Positions 37,038 to 48,148 of a stretch of 64,000 bases of DNA are shown here, piece by piece (position 1 is the stretch's first letter; each line of letters begins with the position of its first letter). The position numbers and the translations under genes are program-made. Under the pieces are notes generated by a model. It made no database searches. It worked only from the letters and a program-made list of their open reading frames with translations, and was not told the origin of the DNA. Source of the stretch: Anthoceros angustus (taxonomy: Eukaryota > Plantae > Anthocerotophyta); NCBI GenBank assembly GCA_010909165.1, contig MU008157.1, forward strand, positions 372,001 through 436,000. Reading direction: 5' to 3'.

Positions 37038-38650
37038 AGCAGATGCCCACAATAGACATTCTTGCACGCACTCCTTTCAACTACAGACACCCATATTACA
37101 CATTGTCAGCACCATCGACCACCTAGATGATGAAAGTACAGTATATGCTTACAATGTAACAAACAAGGTGCTGCCAACCATCATTTCTCATACGGGAAAC
37201 CAATCACATGTATACACAACCATTTCTCGTACAACCGTTCCAGGTCATCTAATTGCACTATAAGCTGGCATGAAGTATGCGTGTGGATTGAACGTTTGAG
37301 TAATTGATGATAAAAGTTGTACGTAATGTTTGTACATAACATCAACACCCACAATGCATATTGGAAATGCTACCATGTACTTTCTCACAACATATATACA
37401 TTGAACTTACATAAGACAAACTTATCCACAAAACTTGACACAAGTTCTTTAACCAAGACATCCATTTCAAAAAGTACTTCATCTGCAAAGTTGTAAATAT
37501 GTAACCAACATTCTTATCCATTCCGTGATTGGAGCATTCATACTAGTCTTCACATATCATATCCAGTCAAAAGGCAGCGGCAAGACCAAGCCCAGGTATG
37601 GGAACGAGCATTGCATCTCCATCACCCACCGACCCACCGGACAAGAGCGCTTGGTGTACATTGGTACATAGAGCGAGCTAGCTATGGACCAAAGGGTTTG
37701 CAAAGCGGACAAAAATGATGAAGCCAAGACGACACGATGCCATTGCCATGCACGCACAAATGTACACGGCCTTGGGAGCGTCCACGTAACAAGCGAAGCA
37801 GAGCAGGCAGACATCGGCAGCGTGCCGGAATCCCGTTCCTCTTTTCCCGTGCGAAGAGAAAGCCCTCTCCTGTGCTGCGTTTCGTGGGCTCTAAACAAAC
37901 TCCCAGCGAGCACCAACCACGCGCCAGCAGGAGGGCCCAGCCCGCAAGCTGGCGGCAACCGGTTCGATGTGGCCGCGAGCCGAGACGGTGGGGTGGCCGC
38001 CTCGTGTGGGCCGTGGATGTCGCGGCATCGGCCGCGCCACGCCGCCCCCTCCTATTCCCGATTCGGCAATCGCTGGTTTCCGCGGTCGGCACGTCGTCGC
38101 AAGCCTTGCTGCCTGGAAAACACACCTGCCGGGTTCGAACCGAGGAGCGATTCGATTCCCGACAGGGTACAGCTTGCACACCGCTTCACTAAATTGGCAG
38201 AGCGAGGATTCCCTCCGTTTCCACTCCCGTAATCTGGTCACCTCAAGTCGGCCGGTTACCCCAGGTCCCTTCCACGTAGAACCGCCCGAATCGCGTTCGC
38301 GTATCAAAGATACTGGTAGCTAGCTGGAGCCTGGTTGCAAGCTGTGAACCAGCTCCCGCTCCCGTACCGCGCCGAGCCCCCTGGGAGGGTTAAAGCCCGG
38401 CCATGGAGCTTTTCTCTTCATCCTTCTCTCTCGGCTCCTGCCTTCTCTATTCGACCCAGTTCGAGAATCTCGCTTTCTCCGAGACTTGCTTCGTCTTTCT
38501 CTTGTGCTTCTGCTGCATTGCCCGATATTGCCTTCCCTCGCATTGCCTTGCCTTGCATTGCGTTGCTTGGCATTTGATTGCGTTGTGTCGGGCTGCATTG
38601 CGTCTGGTCGGATTGCATTGGGGCAGGTTGTGGAGGGGGAATTAGCTCAC

Positions 38651-39598
38651 ATGGCGTCGAGCCGTTTGGTGATGTGCTTGCTGGCGATGGTGGTGAGCCT
38701 GAGTCTGCCTGCGCCATCGGCGCAGACCCTGGTGCCGGAGCAGCCGCTGGTGCTGGAGTACCACGGGGGGGAGGTGTTGGGGGCGGGAGGGGCCGCCATC
38801 AACGTCTACGTGCTCTTCTACGGGAGCTTCACACCGCGGCAGCAGGCGATCATCGCGGGCTTCTTCCGCTCCGTGCAGCAGAGCGGGGCGAAATCGCCCA
38901 GCGTGAAGTCGTGGTGGAATGTGGCTGCGAGGTACAAGGACGGGAAGGGGAAGGCGGTGCCTTCCGCGGTGAGGCTGGCGGGGCAGGCGTGGGACTCGGC
39001 CTACAGCCTGGGGAAGAGCTTGAAGGAGGCGGATCTGGAGAAGCTGGTGCAGGGGGCTCTGGAGGGGAAGACGCTGCCGCGGGACGCCAGCGGGCTCTAC
39101 TTCCTGCTCACCGCGGCGGACGTGCAGGTGGAGACCTTCTGCCGGGACTCGTGCGGGAAGCACCGGGTGCTGCAGCAGCAGGGCGGGAAGGTGGCGTACG
39201 CCTGGGTGGGCAATTCCGCGAGGCAGTGCCCAGGGATGTGTGCCTGGCCCTTCGCCCCCCTCCCCTTCCCCGGGGCCCCCGCTGCTGCTCCGGCCAAGTC
39301 GCCTAATGGCGATGTCGGGATCGACGGGATGGTGATCAACATTGCGTCCATGATGGCTGGAGCCGCCACCAACCCGTTCGGGAACGCGTTCTACCAGGGG
39401 AATTCGCTGGCGCCTTTGGAGGCTGCTACCGCGTGCACAGGGAATTACGGCCCGCACTCCTACCCAGGCTACCCCGGGGATTTGCTCACCGACGCCCGCA
39501 CCGGAGGGAGCTTCAATGTCTACGGATACAAGAAATGGAGGTTCGTGCTGCCCGCATTGGTTGATCCCGCCACGGCAGCCTGCACTGTTTCAGCTTAA
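38651..39598 (+). CDS. EXORDIUM/Phosphate-induced-1 family secreted protein, paralog in divergent orientation
   Basis: ATG at 38651 (MASSRLVMCLLAMVVSLSL signal peptide), PSVKSWW, YSLGKSL, WVGNSARQCPGMCAWPF, PLEAATACTG.YG..YPGYPG. Intronless. Confidence 0.95.
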   Translation: MASSRLVMCLLAMVVSLSLPAPSAQTLVPEQPLVLEYHGGEVLGAGGAAINVYVLFYGSFTPRQQAIIAGFFRSVQQSGAKSPSVKSWWNVAARYKDGKGKAVPSAVRLAGQAWDSAYSLGKSLKEADLEKLVQGALEGKTLPRDASGLYFLLTAADVQVETFCRDSCGKHRVLQQQGGKVAYAWVGNSARQCPGMCAWPFAPLPFPGAPAAAPAKSPNGDVGIDGMVINIASMMAGAATNPFGNAFYQGNSLAPLEAATACTGNYGPHSYPGYPGDLLTDARTGGSFNVYGYKKWRFVLPALVDPATAACTVSA

Positions 39599-41279
39599 AG
39601 ACAGTCTGATGGACAGTGAGTGCAATTCCTCTGCATTTTGCTCCGGTGGGCTGTTCCAATTTTGAGCAAGTGCAATGTCTCTGCATTTGGCTGTGGTGGG
39701 CCGTTCCAATTTTGAGACTACGAGTGTACAGATAGTGTTCCTAGTTTTGGGATGTATACATACATACATACCTACACATTCTTTTGTGTACATACAGTGT
39801 GATTTTATAAACAAGAGCAACTTCTTCCGGTTTTACTTGTTGGTGTAAGGAAAGGAATGGAAGGTCATGGGCTGGGTGAGTATCGGGCTTTGTGACGGCA
39901 GCTTGCTGCTCAAGCAAGTTTGTGGTAGTGTGAATTGATAAGAAGACCATCTTGTCAGGGCTACTTGCTGGTGTAAGGAGGGAATGGGGAGATCATGGTT
40001 GGTTTAGTATCACATAGTTGTGATGGCAGCTTGCTGCTCAAGCAAGCGAGCTGACAATCATGCTAGTGTGTGTTGCACTCAAGAGCGTGCGGGTGATTCC
40101 TGCTTTGCTTCCGTGTGTGAGCTTCGTCGAGGACAAGTCTGCAGCTTGCAAGTATCTGCCTGTTAGGCCACGCTGACATGATTCCTCTCTGGCAAGGCTA
40201 GTCTGCACTCCTGGCTGTAGGTACTTCTAGCCCATGTCAAGGGGCAGCGTTCAGCACATAATATCTGGCAGCATCATTTGTACCTGCCCTCACTAGTCAC
40301 ACAGCAGAGCCACATTACGTGTGACACTGCACATAGTCCACCTCCTGGGCTGCTCCCTGACACAGAATGATAAGGTTGGTGTTGCTTCAGTGTGGGAAGA
40401 GAAGGAGAATAGGGTTTTGAGTACAATTGTTGTCTTCGAGTATGTTGTCTCATTGCTGCTGCCCCAAGAAATCAACTCCAATACCTCAAGACGGCTTGCA
40501 GTAACTGTTTCCACTTGCAAGCCAATTGGCTTCGGATAGTTGGGGAAATATCTCCCCTCGCTGCCTTTGTCTGGGCTCTTTGTGTGTCAGTCCACATGCC
40601 TGATGTTCATCACAAGCAAGCTCCTTCCTGCTGCTCTCCATTCTTCCGTGTGGTCTTCAAATGATGTGCTGTGCTGGCCCTCCGTGGAGTCCGTGCTGCA
40701 GGCCAAAGCCATCCGTCCACGTCACAGTACCACACAGATCGCTCAGCACACCTCACCGCTGATTGCTCGTGTCAATCTGTTAAACATCACCTCCGAGGCA
40801 TCAGATCGGGCCACAATCTCGCTGACGTCACAAGTGGTAGAGACGGGAGGATAAGATGTTACCATTCCGACAGGGATGGCACAGCTTCTCGTGAAGAACT
40901 TTTGACTTTCTACGTTTATGAACTACTAACATATTTTGACATCTTGTGTGAGGTGTCTTGGAAGGAAGGGTTACCTTAGCGGGGGTCATGGCTTGATGTA
41001 CTGAGGCCATTCGACATGAAGTCGGGACCAAACAATCCAAGAGCAGGTGATCTGAATGAGCTGGGATACTTCCAGTGACGAGATGCAGTCCCTGGTTTCT
41101 TCTCTCAGCCCGTGTGATGGGCTGCTACTCTGGCCGCTGGGCGGGTGGCCGCTAGGCGGGCAGAGTAGCAGCCCATCAGCAGTTTGAGGCGAACATCGTT
41201 GTGCTCGTTGCCGAAGTCCTTTGCCAGCTTTGCAACCCTGGAGAGGAGCTTATCACACTTTGGGTGATCCTCTTCAGAA

Positions 41280-44006
41280 ATGGACTTTGTTGCTGGGATC
41301 CAGCTACCTGAGAGGGCTGGGCCTCCAGGTGCTGCGGGTCATGCGCTGCCTATGAGTGCTGGGCGAGGCAGTGTGTCAGGTGGGTCTTTGGATGGTGTAA
41401 GCTTACCTCAACTGGGAGAGTACTCCTGGACAACGCTGATATTGCAACATGCCAAGGGTGGGCAAGGCAGACGGGCTCTCAAGATGTATCAGGAAATGCG
41501 GAAGCGGGGAGTGGAACCAAGGCCACGCACATTCGTGGCTTTGTTGAAGGCGTCCAGTAGCTTGCAGGACCTCAGAAGTGCTATGCAGATCCACGCAGAG
41601 GTTGTGAGAAATGGGTTTGAGAGAGATTTGTATGTGAGCACCATGCTGCTGGATGCTTATGCAAAATGCGGGAGCCTGGAGAATGCCCGGCGGGTGTTTG
41701 AGGAGATGTCCCATCGTGATGTGGTTTCCTGGAATGCCATGATTTTAGGGTATGCCCAGATGCAGAAGGGTGACGAGGCTTTGCATCTGTATGAGCGGAT
41801 GCAGCTGGAAGGTGTGGTCCGTAACGACCGAACTTATGTTGGTGCGCTCAAGGCTTGCAGTTCCATCGCAGAAATAGATGCTAGGAATGGTGGTGATGGG
41901 ATAGCAGTTAGGAAACGATGCTTGGAAACCGTGAGAACCATCCACGCGGACCTTGAGAAGGGGGATGTTTTGTCAAATGTGTTTGTTGGGAACATGCTAG
42001 TGGATGCGTATGCGACTTGTGGGAGCCTGGAGGATGCCAGGCGGGTGTTTGAGGAGATGCCTGACCGGAGTGTGGTGTCCTGGAATGCCATCATCTTGCA
42101 GTATGCCCAGAAGGAGAATGGGAAAGAGGCTTTGCGCTTGTACTCTCGGATGCAACAGGAGGGTGTGGTCCCGAATGACAGGACCTATGTTGGAGCGCTG
42201 AAGGCTTGCAGTACCATTGCCGAGCTAGCGGGTGATGTATTACTTGTCAAGAAAGAGTGTGCGGAAAATGTGAGAGCCATCCACGTTGCTGTTGAGAAGG
42301 CAAGCTTTGGGGCAGATGTGTTTGTGAGGAACATGCTGTTGGATGCGTATGCAAAATGTGGTAGCCTGGAGGATGCTAGGCAGGTTTTTGAGGGAATGCC
42401 TCATCAGAATGTGGTGTTGTGGAATACCATGATCATGGGGTACACTCAGATGGAGAGGGGTGAAGAAGCTTTGGAGTTGTATTCACGGATGCAACAGGAA
42501 GGTATAGTACCTGATGACCGGACATACGTTGCTGCGGTCAAGGCTTGCAGTGTCATTGCGGATCTGGCAGAGAGGAACGGTGGTGATGGAACCCTTGTAA
42601 AAACGAAATGCCTCGAAACAGTGAGGGCTATTCACACTGTGGTTGAGAAGGGGGAGTTTCCTCCGAATGTATATGTGGGGAACATGCTAGTGGAGGCATA
42701 TGTGACCTGTGGCACCCTGGAGGACGCTAGACAGGTGTTTGAGAAAATGCCTCATCGGAATGTGGTTTCTTGGAATGCCTTGATTCTGGGGTACGCCCAG
42801 ATGGAGAGGGGTGAACAGGCTTTGCAATTGTTCTCATTGATGCAAAAGGAAGGTGTTGTCCCTAACGATCGAACATATGTTGCTGTACTCAAGGCGTGCA
42901 GTGCCATTGCAGAGTTGGGGGACACAACTGGTAGTACTAGGACCCTGGTCAAGGCACAGTGCTTAGAGACCGTGAGAGAGATTCACATTGAGATCGGGAA
43001 CGGCAGCTTCAAGCAGGATGTATTTGTTGGCACCATGCTGGTGGATGCCTATGCGAAATGTGGAAGCCTAGAGGATGCTCGAAAGGTATTTGAAGAAATG
43101 CCGCATCGTGATGTTGTTTCCTGGAATTCCATGATCTTGGGTTATGCCCGGATGAACAAGGGTGAAGAAGCTCTGCAAGTGTACAGAGAGATGCAACAAG
43201 CAGGTGTGGTCCCAAATGACAGGACATATGCGTGTGCACTCACTGCCTGTGGAAATGTGGCAGGATTAGAAATGGGAAAGGAAATCCATGCCCAGATTTT
43301 GAAAGCTGGCCTGGAGTCGGACTCGTTCTTGTGTAGTAGTTTGATAGATATGTATGCTAAATGTTCGTGCATGGTGAATGCCCGGCAGCTGTTCGAAGCC
43401 TTGCCTACTAGGGATGTCGTGGCATGGAATGCATTGATTGTGGGATATGCCCATCAAGGCGAGAGTGAAGTTGTCTTTGACTTGTTCAATAGGATGCAGG
43501 TGGAGGGTGTACAGCCAGGCCCCATAACTTTTCTTGGTCTTCTCAGTGTATGCAGTCATGCCGGTCTAGTGGATAGGGGCCACAAGTACTTTGCGGCCAT
43601 GAGCAGAGACTATGGCATCACTCCCACAATTCAGCACTACAATTGCATGGTTGATCTACTGGGCCGTGCAGGCCAAGTCCAAGAGGCCATGGAGATGGTA
43701 AAGACGATGCCGTTCGAACCGGACAGTGCAGGTTGGAAATCTGTTTTGGGGGCCTGTCGAAAGTGGGGACATGTTGCTCTTGGGAAGCAGGCTTTTGAAG
43801 GTGCTGTGAGGTTAGATAAAAACGACGCTGCAGCTTACGTTTTGATGTCAAACATCTACAAGGATGCTAACTTGCCGGAAGAGGCAAATAAGATGCAAGA
43901 GATGAGAAAGCAGTCGCAAGTCTGGAAGGAACCCGGACAAACCTGCTGGATGGACGCAAGTGGGAATGCTCATGTGTTTTGCAGCGGGAGGTCGAGGACA
44001 CCCTGA
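41280..44006 (+). CDS. PLS-class pentatricopeptide repeat protein with E domain, no DYW (probable organellar RNA editing factor)
   Basis: 908-aa intronless ORF with repeated LxDAYAKCGSLEDARxVFEEM.RDVVSWNxMI.GY units, L2 (ITFLGLLSVCSHAGLV), S2 (HYNCMVDLLGRAG), E1/E2 (WKSVLGAC, AAYVLMSNIY) and KEPGQTCW. Confidence 0.95.
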   Translation: MDFVAGIQLPERAGPPGAAGHALPMSAGRGSVSGGSLDGVSLPQLGEYSWTTLILQHAKGGQGRRALKMYQEMRKRGVEPRPRTFVALLKASSSLQDLRSAMQIHAEVVRNGFERDLYVSTMLLDAYAKCGSLENARRVFEEMSHRDVVSWNAMILGYAQMQKGDEALHLYERMQLEGVVRNDRTYVGALKACSSIAEIDARNGGDGIAVRKRCLETVRTIHADLEKGDVLSNVFVGNMLVDAYATCGSLEDARRVFEEMPDRSVVSWNAIILQYAQKENGKEALRLYSRMQQEGVVPNDRTYVGALKACSTIAELAGDVLLVKKECAENVRAIHVAVEKASFGADVFVRNMLLDAYAKCGSLEDARQVFEGMPHQNVVLWNTMIMGYTQMERGEEALELYSRMQQEGIVPDDRTYVAAVKACSVIADLAERNGGDGTLVKTKCLETVRAIHTVVEKGEFPPNVYVGNMLVEAYVTCGTLEDARQVFEKMPHRNVVSWNALILGYAQMERGEQALQLFSLMQKEGVVPNDRTYVAVLKACSAIAELGDTTGSTRTLVKAQCLETVREIHIEIGNGSFKQDVFVGTMLVDAYAKCGSLEDARKVFEEMPHRDVVSWNSMILGYARMNKGEEALQVYREMQQAGVVPNDRTYACALTACGNVAGLEMGKEIHAQILKAGLESDSFLCSSLIDMYAKCSCMVNARQLFEALPTRDVVAWNALIVGYAHQGESEVVFDLFNRMQVEGVQPGPITFLGLLSVCSHAGLVDRGHKYFAAMSRDYGITPTIQHYNCMVDLLGRAGQVQEAMEMVKTMPFEPDSAGWKSVLGACRKWGHVALGKQAFEGAVRLDKNDAAAYVLMSNIYKDANLPEEANKMQEMRKQSQVWKEPGQTCWMDASGNAHVFCSGRSRTP

Positions 44007-44368
44007 ATTGAGATTCCCCAGGACCTGTTTCCACACGTAGGCCAGACCTAAGGACGTAAGGACAGACATTTGTCGGGCTCCTCACTTGCATGCATGCATC
44101 CGAAGGACATTATGCGGCTCGCGCGATAAGGAGTCCTGCCGGTAGGGTCCTATGCTGCATTAACCCTCCGTGTGGGGCTTTGCTGTAGACTTTTGATATA
44201 TATCTATAAAGTCTCCAAAACTCCATTGGAGAATATGTACATGTCATCCGGCGGCGTACGCACAGGTCCGCCCCAGTACATATGTAGGGAATTCCAAAGA
44301 TGCATTACGCTGTGTACAGAACTTTATTTATGTTACAGAATTGGGGAACATACCGATGCAATGCATGG

Positions 44369-45914
44369 TCATTGGTCCTCGGACTTCAATCCGAACTTCT
44401 GCACGATGGCGCCACGGCGACCAGCCCCGTGCCCTGTGACGACATCGCTGAACTCGAAGGTTTGGAACGGCCTGTAGCGTCGCGGATGCTGCTCGTCCAC
44501 CAGCTCAGCGGGCGGATCTATGCGGGCCTGCTTGGAAGGGTTGTAGAAGAAGCAGAAGGATATCCGGGACTGGTCCCGATTTCCCACCACCCGGTGCTCC
44601 GAGCTCAGCAACCTGTCGTTGCTCCACATCTGCGATGCATCCGAGTCCAATTCATGAGCAAGGCATTCAGGTCTGAGGGAAGCCTAACATCTGATCCCGC
44701 CGGATCCGTGCAGATTCTTTACCTGGAGAAGGTCCCCGACATTGACGACGAAGGCGCCCGGGATCGGCTTCACGCCGTGCCACTCTCCATCGGCAGTGAG
44801 CACCTGGAGCCCTCCCACGAGATCCTGGTGCACGATGTTGATGGCGAAGGGGTCGGTGTGGCGGTGTGTCCCCAGTGCCAGATCAGGCTGCGGGCACTCC
44901 GGGTAGTGGTTCATGTGGAACAGGCAGGTGCGGTCGGGCTTGTCCCGGAAGTGCTCCGAGAAGGTGCGCTCCGCAAGCCCGAAGCTCTCTGCCAGCATCT
45001 CCAGCATCTGCAGCGCCACCTCCTCCATTGTCCGCACGTACGTCTGCACCGCCGCGGTCACCAAGGAAGCTTCGCCCGCCTCCCTCGCCAGATGGTGCGC
45101 CAGATGCGACATCCCGGTCTCCTCCCCGCGTCGACCTAGAACCATGCGCACTCCGAACGTTTCCCGCCATAGCCGACTTCCCTTCTTGTCGGACGAGGTC
45201 GGCATCCCGGAGATGTATCCCGTCAGCCGCTTCGGGTTGGAAGCCTTCTTCTTTTCCTGCACAGATGTGCGCATCGCGTGGCTGCGGTTGAGAACGAAGA
45301 ACTCTGCAATCTGCACAATGGAATCTCGTACATGTTTGTTGCCTGACCTCTACAGGTTTGTTGAAGAATGCCTGAGCAATGTCTCGCAGATTGTTCACCA
45401 GCGGCATGGGGAACCCGTGGTTCACAATCTGGAAGAAGCCGTACTCCTCGCAGGCATTTCGCAGCTGCTGCCGCACCTTCTCCGCCTCCAATTCGCATTC
45501 CACAATCTGCGGCGTGCTGGCGCCACAGGCCTCCTTGCGCAAGGCGTCGAGCTTGGCGAACACGCCTAAATCGATCACCGGAAGGTCGAAGTCGAACACA
45601 TCGTGGGCGAGGGTTGCCCTACTGGATTCGGGAAACACAAATCCAGCCGGGATCAAGTTGTTGGAGTCTGGCGCAGGCAGATCTGTAGTCGGAGCGTCCA
45701 CTCTCAGAGCTGCCAACGCCGATGACTTGAAGCTGCCTGATGCCTTCTGCCATGCCTGTCCTAGGCCAGCTCCGACTTTAACTCCTTTGCAAATGTGCAT
45801 TTCCCAGCCCCCTTGGAGAACAGTCCTCCCATGGCTGCTGGCCTTGATCAAATTCGCAGAAGAGAAAGACAAGGGAGCAGTGCTCGGAGAGAACATGAGG
45901 CTCTTCATTTCCAT
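44369..45914 (-). CDS. 2-oxoglutarate/Fe(II) dioxygenase (DOXC class, GA20ox-like), 3 exons (45914-45348, 45256-44723, 44629-44369)
   Basis: LPVIDL, ACEEYGFFQIVNHG, LWRETF, NHYPECPQPDLALGTHRHTD (HxD), QDLVGGLQV, AFVVNVGDLLQ|MWSN..SSEHRVV...RIS (His, RxS). GT-AG introns restore the frame. Confidence 0.93.
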
Positions 45915-46265
45915 TGCTTTTGGAAACGATTGCTGGACAGACAGTCACAGTGCTTGAAGTTGCAAGACGCTGCAGATGAGGGGCTATTTGAAGTCCAGAC
46001 GCAAATACTACACTGTGGCTTGCGTGGGGAGAACCCACTTGAAAATAGGCTTCCATGGAATGTCTTGGAAGCTGCACAGAAGGAGGACCGTGGAGAGGGG
46101 CGTCAAAGGCGTGAACTGGTCTCCCATGCGCCCACTGCTTCTATCCATCCCATGGCTGCGGTTGGCAGCATCTCGTTGGCAGGCACTCCTATCGAGCCGA
46201 GATCCATAACCGCACGCATGCCAGCATGCGTACCATGTTTTTTCCCTCATTCCAACATATGCCAT

Positions 46266-47687
46266 CCCTATTAGAAAAGGGCAGTCAACGTTACACTTTA
46301 TGTTACCCCTTTGTTGCAATTATGTTAAAATCTTGGGGTGTTGTTACACTTTTGCGACCCCTTGTTATATTTTTCGACTCCTTGTTATAGTTAGGTTTGG
46401 AAACTAACCCTCTACCTTGTTACAGTCATGTTACAGTCTTGTTGCAATTATGTTGCAATGTAGTGAGAGGTGGTTTGTGTTTACTCTCAAAATTTCAACA
46501 TAATTACAACAACCAAAGTGTTACATCGTCTCTCTTGTTACATTTTGGCAGGCTTGGTACCGAACCTCCTCCTCATCTACCTTAACCCTTGTTGTTTTTA
46601 CTCCCGTATTTTGTCTCTACCATTATTGTTATACGTGTACCGGGATGTACTTATATTTTACGTATATGATATTACCGTATTTTCCGAGGTGATTATTCCA
46701 ATACCTCTACGAGAGCTTCTACGTATTTTGCTCGTGTACTTTTTGTGCCGTATTTCCGTACTCATATTCGCAATACGCTCACCCGGCCGTGTCCAATAGG
46801 TTGCGCCAACAGAGGTGACACAGGTCTATCAGGTTGCGCCTATCATGCCCAATCCCTCTGCAGAGTTAATTTTCTAGAATACCCAATCATAATTTAGGGT
46901 GGGATGGTCTTGTGGGGGAGGCTAGAGTCGATAACCAGAAGGTCGCGTGTTCAGATTCCCTAGTTAGCACACGATTTTGCAAGTGGACATGATTAGGGAG
47001 GCAAACGGATGAGATATATTCATGTATGTGTTATGCGTATACATAGAAAATATGCATGCGCCATGCCCTATAAAACAACAGCCTTATAAAACAACAACGT
47101 ACACGGCCGTGTGCGCCATGTACAGGTACATAGTATACGTGCAACATGTACGTCTAAGTGGAATGGAAATAAATAAAATATAGCAATTGCAATTCTCACA
47201 TACGAATGTATACATCATGATCATATATATATATATATGTACATAGACACACACATATAACCTACAATTACAAATAGTTCTCCAAAGGGGTGTAATAAAA
47301 GAGGGGATGATGCTTGTGAAATATGGGAAATCATAAATAATGCTTGTGGGAAATCATAAATAATGCTTGTGAGAGAGGGGATGTAGTCATGAAAGAGGGG
47401 ATGTAGTCATGAAGGTGCATGTGGGAAATCATAAATAATGCTTGTGAGAGAGGGGGTGTAGTTATGAAGGTGCATGTGGGAAATCATAAATAATGCTTGT
47501 GAGAGAGAGGGTGTAGTTATGAAGGTGAGGTGGTAAGAGAGAGCTAGGTTTGTGTTAAGATGGTGGTACCACATGGGAAAAGAAGTGACAAACTTAATAC
47601 CAAGCCTCCAAAGCATGTTGCAATTTGGAAGTGTAACATAAAATTGCAACAACAACTGTAACATAGGCGCTGCCTTTTCTAGTAGGG
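46266..47687. mobile_element. Non-autonomous CACTA/EnSpm-like element with CCCTA termini
   Basis: Left CCCTATTAGAAAAGGGCAG, right reverse complement CCCTACTAGAAAAGGCAG. 3-bp TSD CAT (46263-46265, 47688-47690). Subterminal TGTTACA/TTGTTGCAA motifs in opposite orientation at the two ends. Internal ~57-bp tandem repeat at 47310-47530. Confidence 0.82.
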
Positions 47688-47908
47688 CATGACGCTTACA
47701 ATTCCAAAGCCTAGGTGTACTTGAAGTCCCCTATGTATGTATCCGGGCGACATGAGAAGCACATGCCTCTATGAGGTTTAGGTACAGCATTTCCCTCCAC
47801 ATAGGGTAGAGGTTTAGGTACAGCATTTCCCTCCACATAGGCTAGAGGTCGATGTGGTCGTTCCCCTCGAGCCTTCTGGCTTGGAAAGGATCCTGGTAGA
47901 GAGGCATA

Positions 47909-48148
47909 TTGATTATGACTTTTCATTCTATGGATGATCGCCTCCAGCTTATGAAGGCTAGGTCTATGTTACGAACAACTCCGTCATATATGAATGAGGA
48001 TCTTACACCATTGCAATGGAAGACTAAGAAGGAGAAGTTACCCGCTTTCAGAGCAGCTCGTGTTGCAGGTCAAGTGGCTTTCTTTCGTAGGGATGAATTG
48101 GTGGTGTTTGGCCCTCGTTCACGCAATTTCATTGACATTGTTGATTGA
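47909..48148 (+). mobile_element. LINE ORF1-like C-terminal fragment
   Basis: DRLQLMKARSMLR...YMNEDLTPLQ...AR..G..AFFR...LVV resembles the xNEDLT C-terminal domain of non-LTR ORF1 proteins. Confidence 0.55.

Noticed and set aside
38486-38650. Upstream extension of the second EXORDIUM ORF in the ORF track
   Set aside because: It begins at a non-ATG codon and crosses a pentamer repeat. The signal peptide begins at ATG 38651.
33832-39457. Long antisense and alternate-frame ORFs over the EXORDIUM genes (likewise over TROL and the dioxygenase)
   Set aside because: These are shadow ORFs from GC-rich codon usage, with no recognisable domains.
39830-41040. Short ORFs and a ~120-bp diverged direct repeat between EXORDIUM and the PPR gene (similarly 48330-49250)
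   Set aside because: No recognisable coding signature; treated as intergenic.
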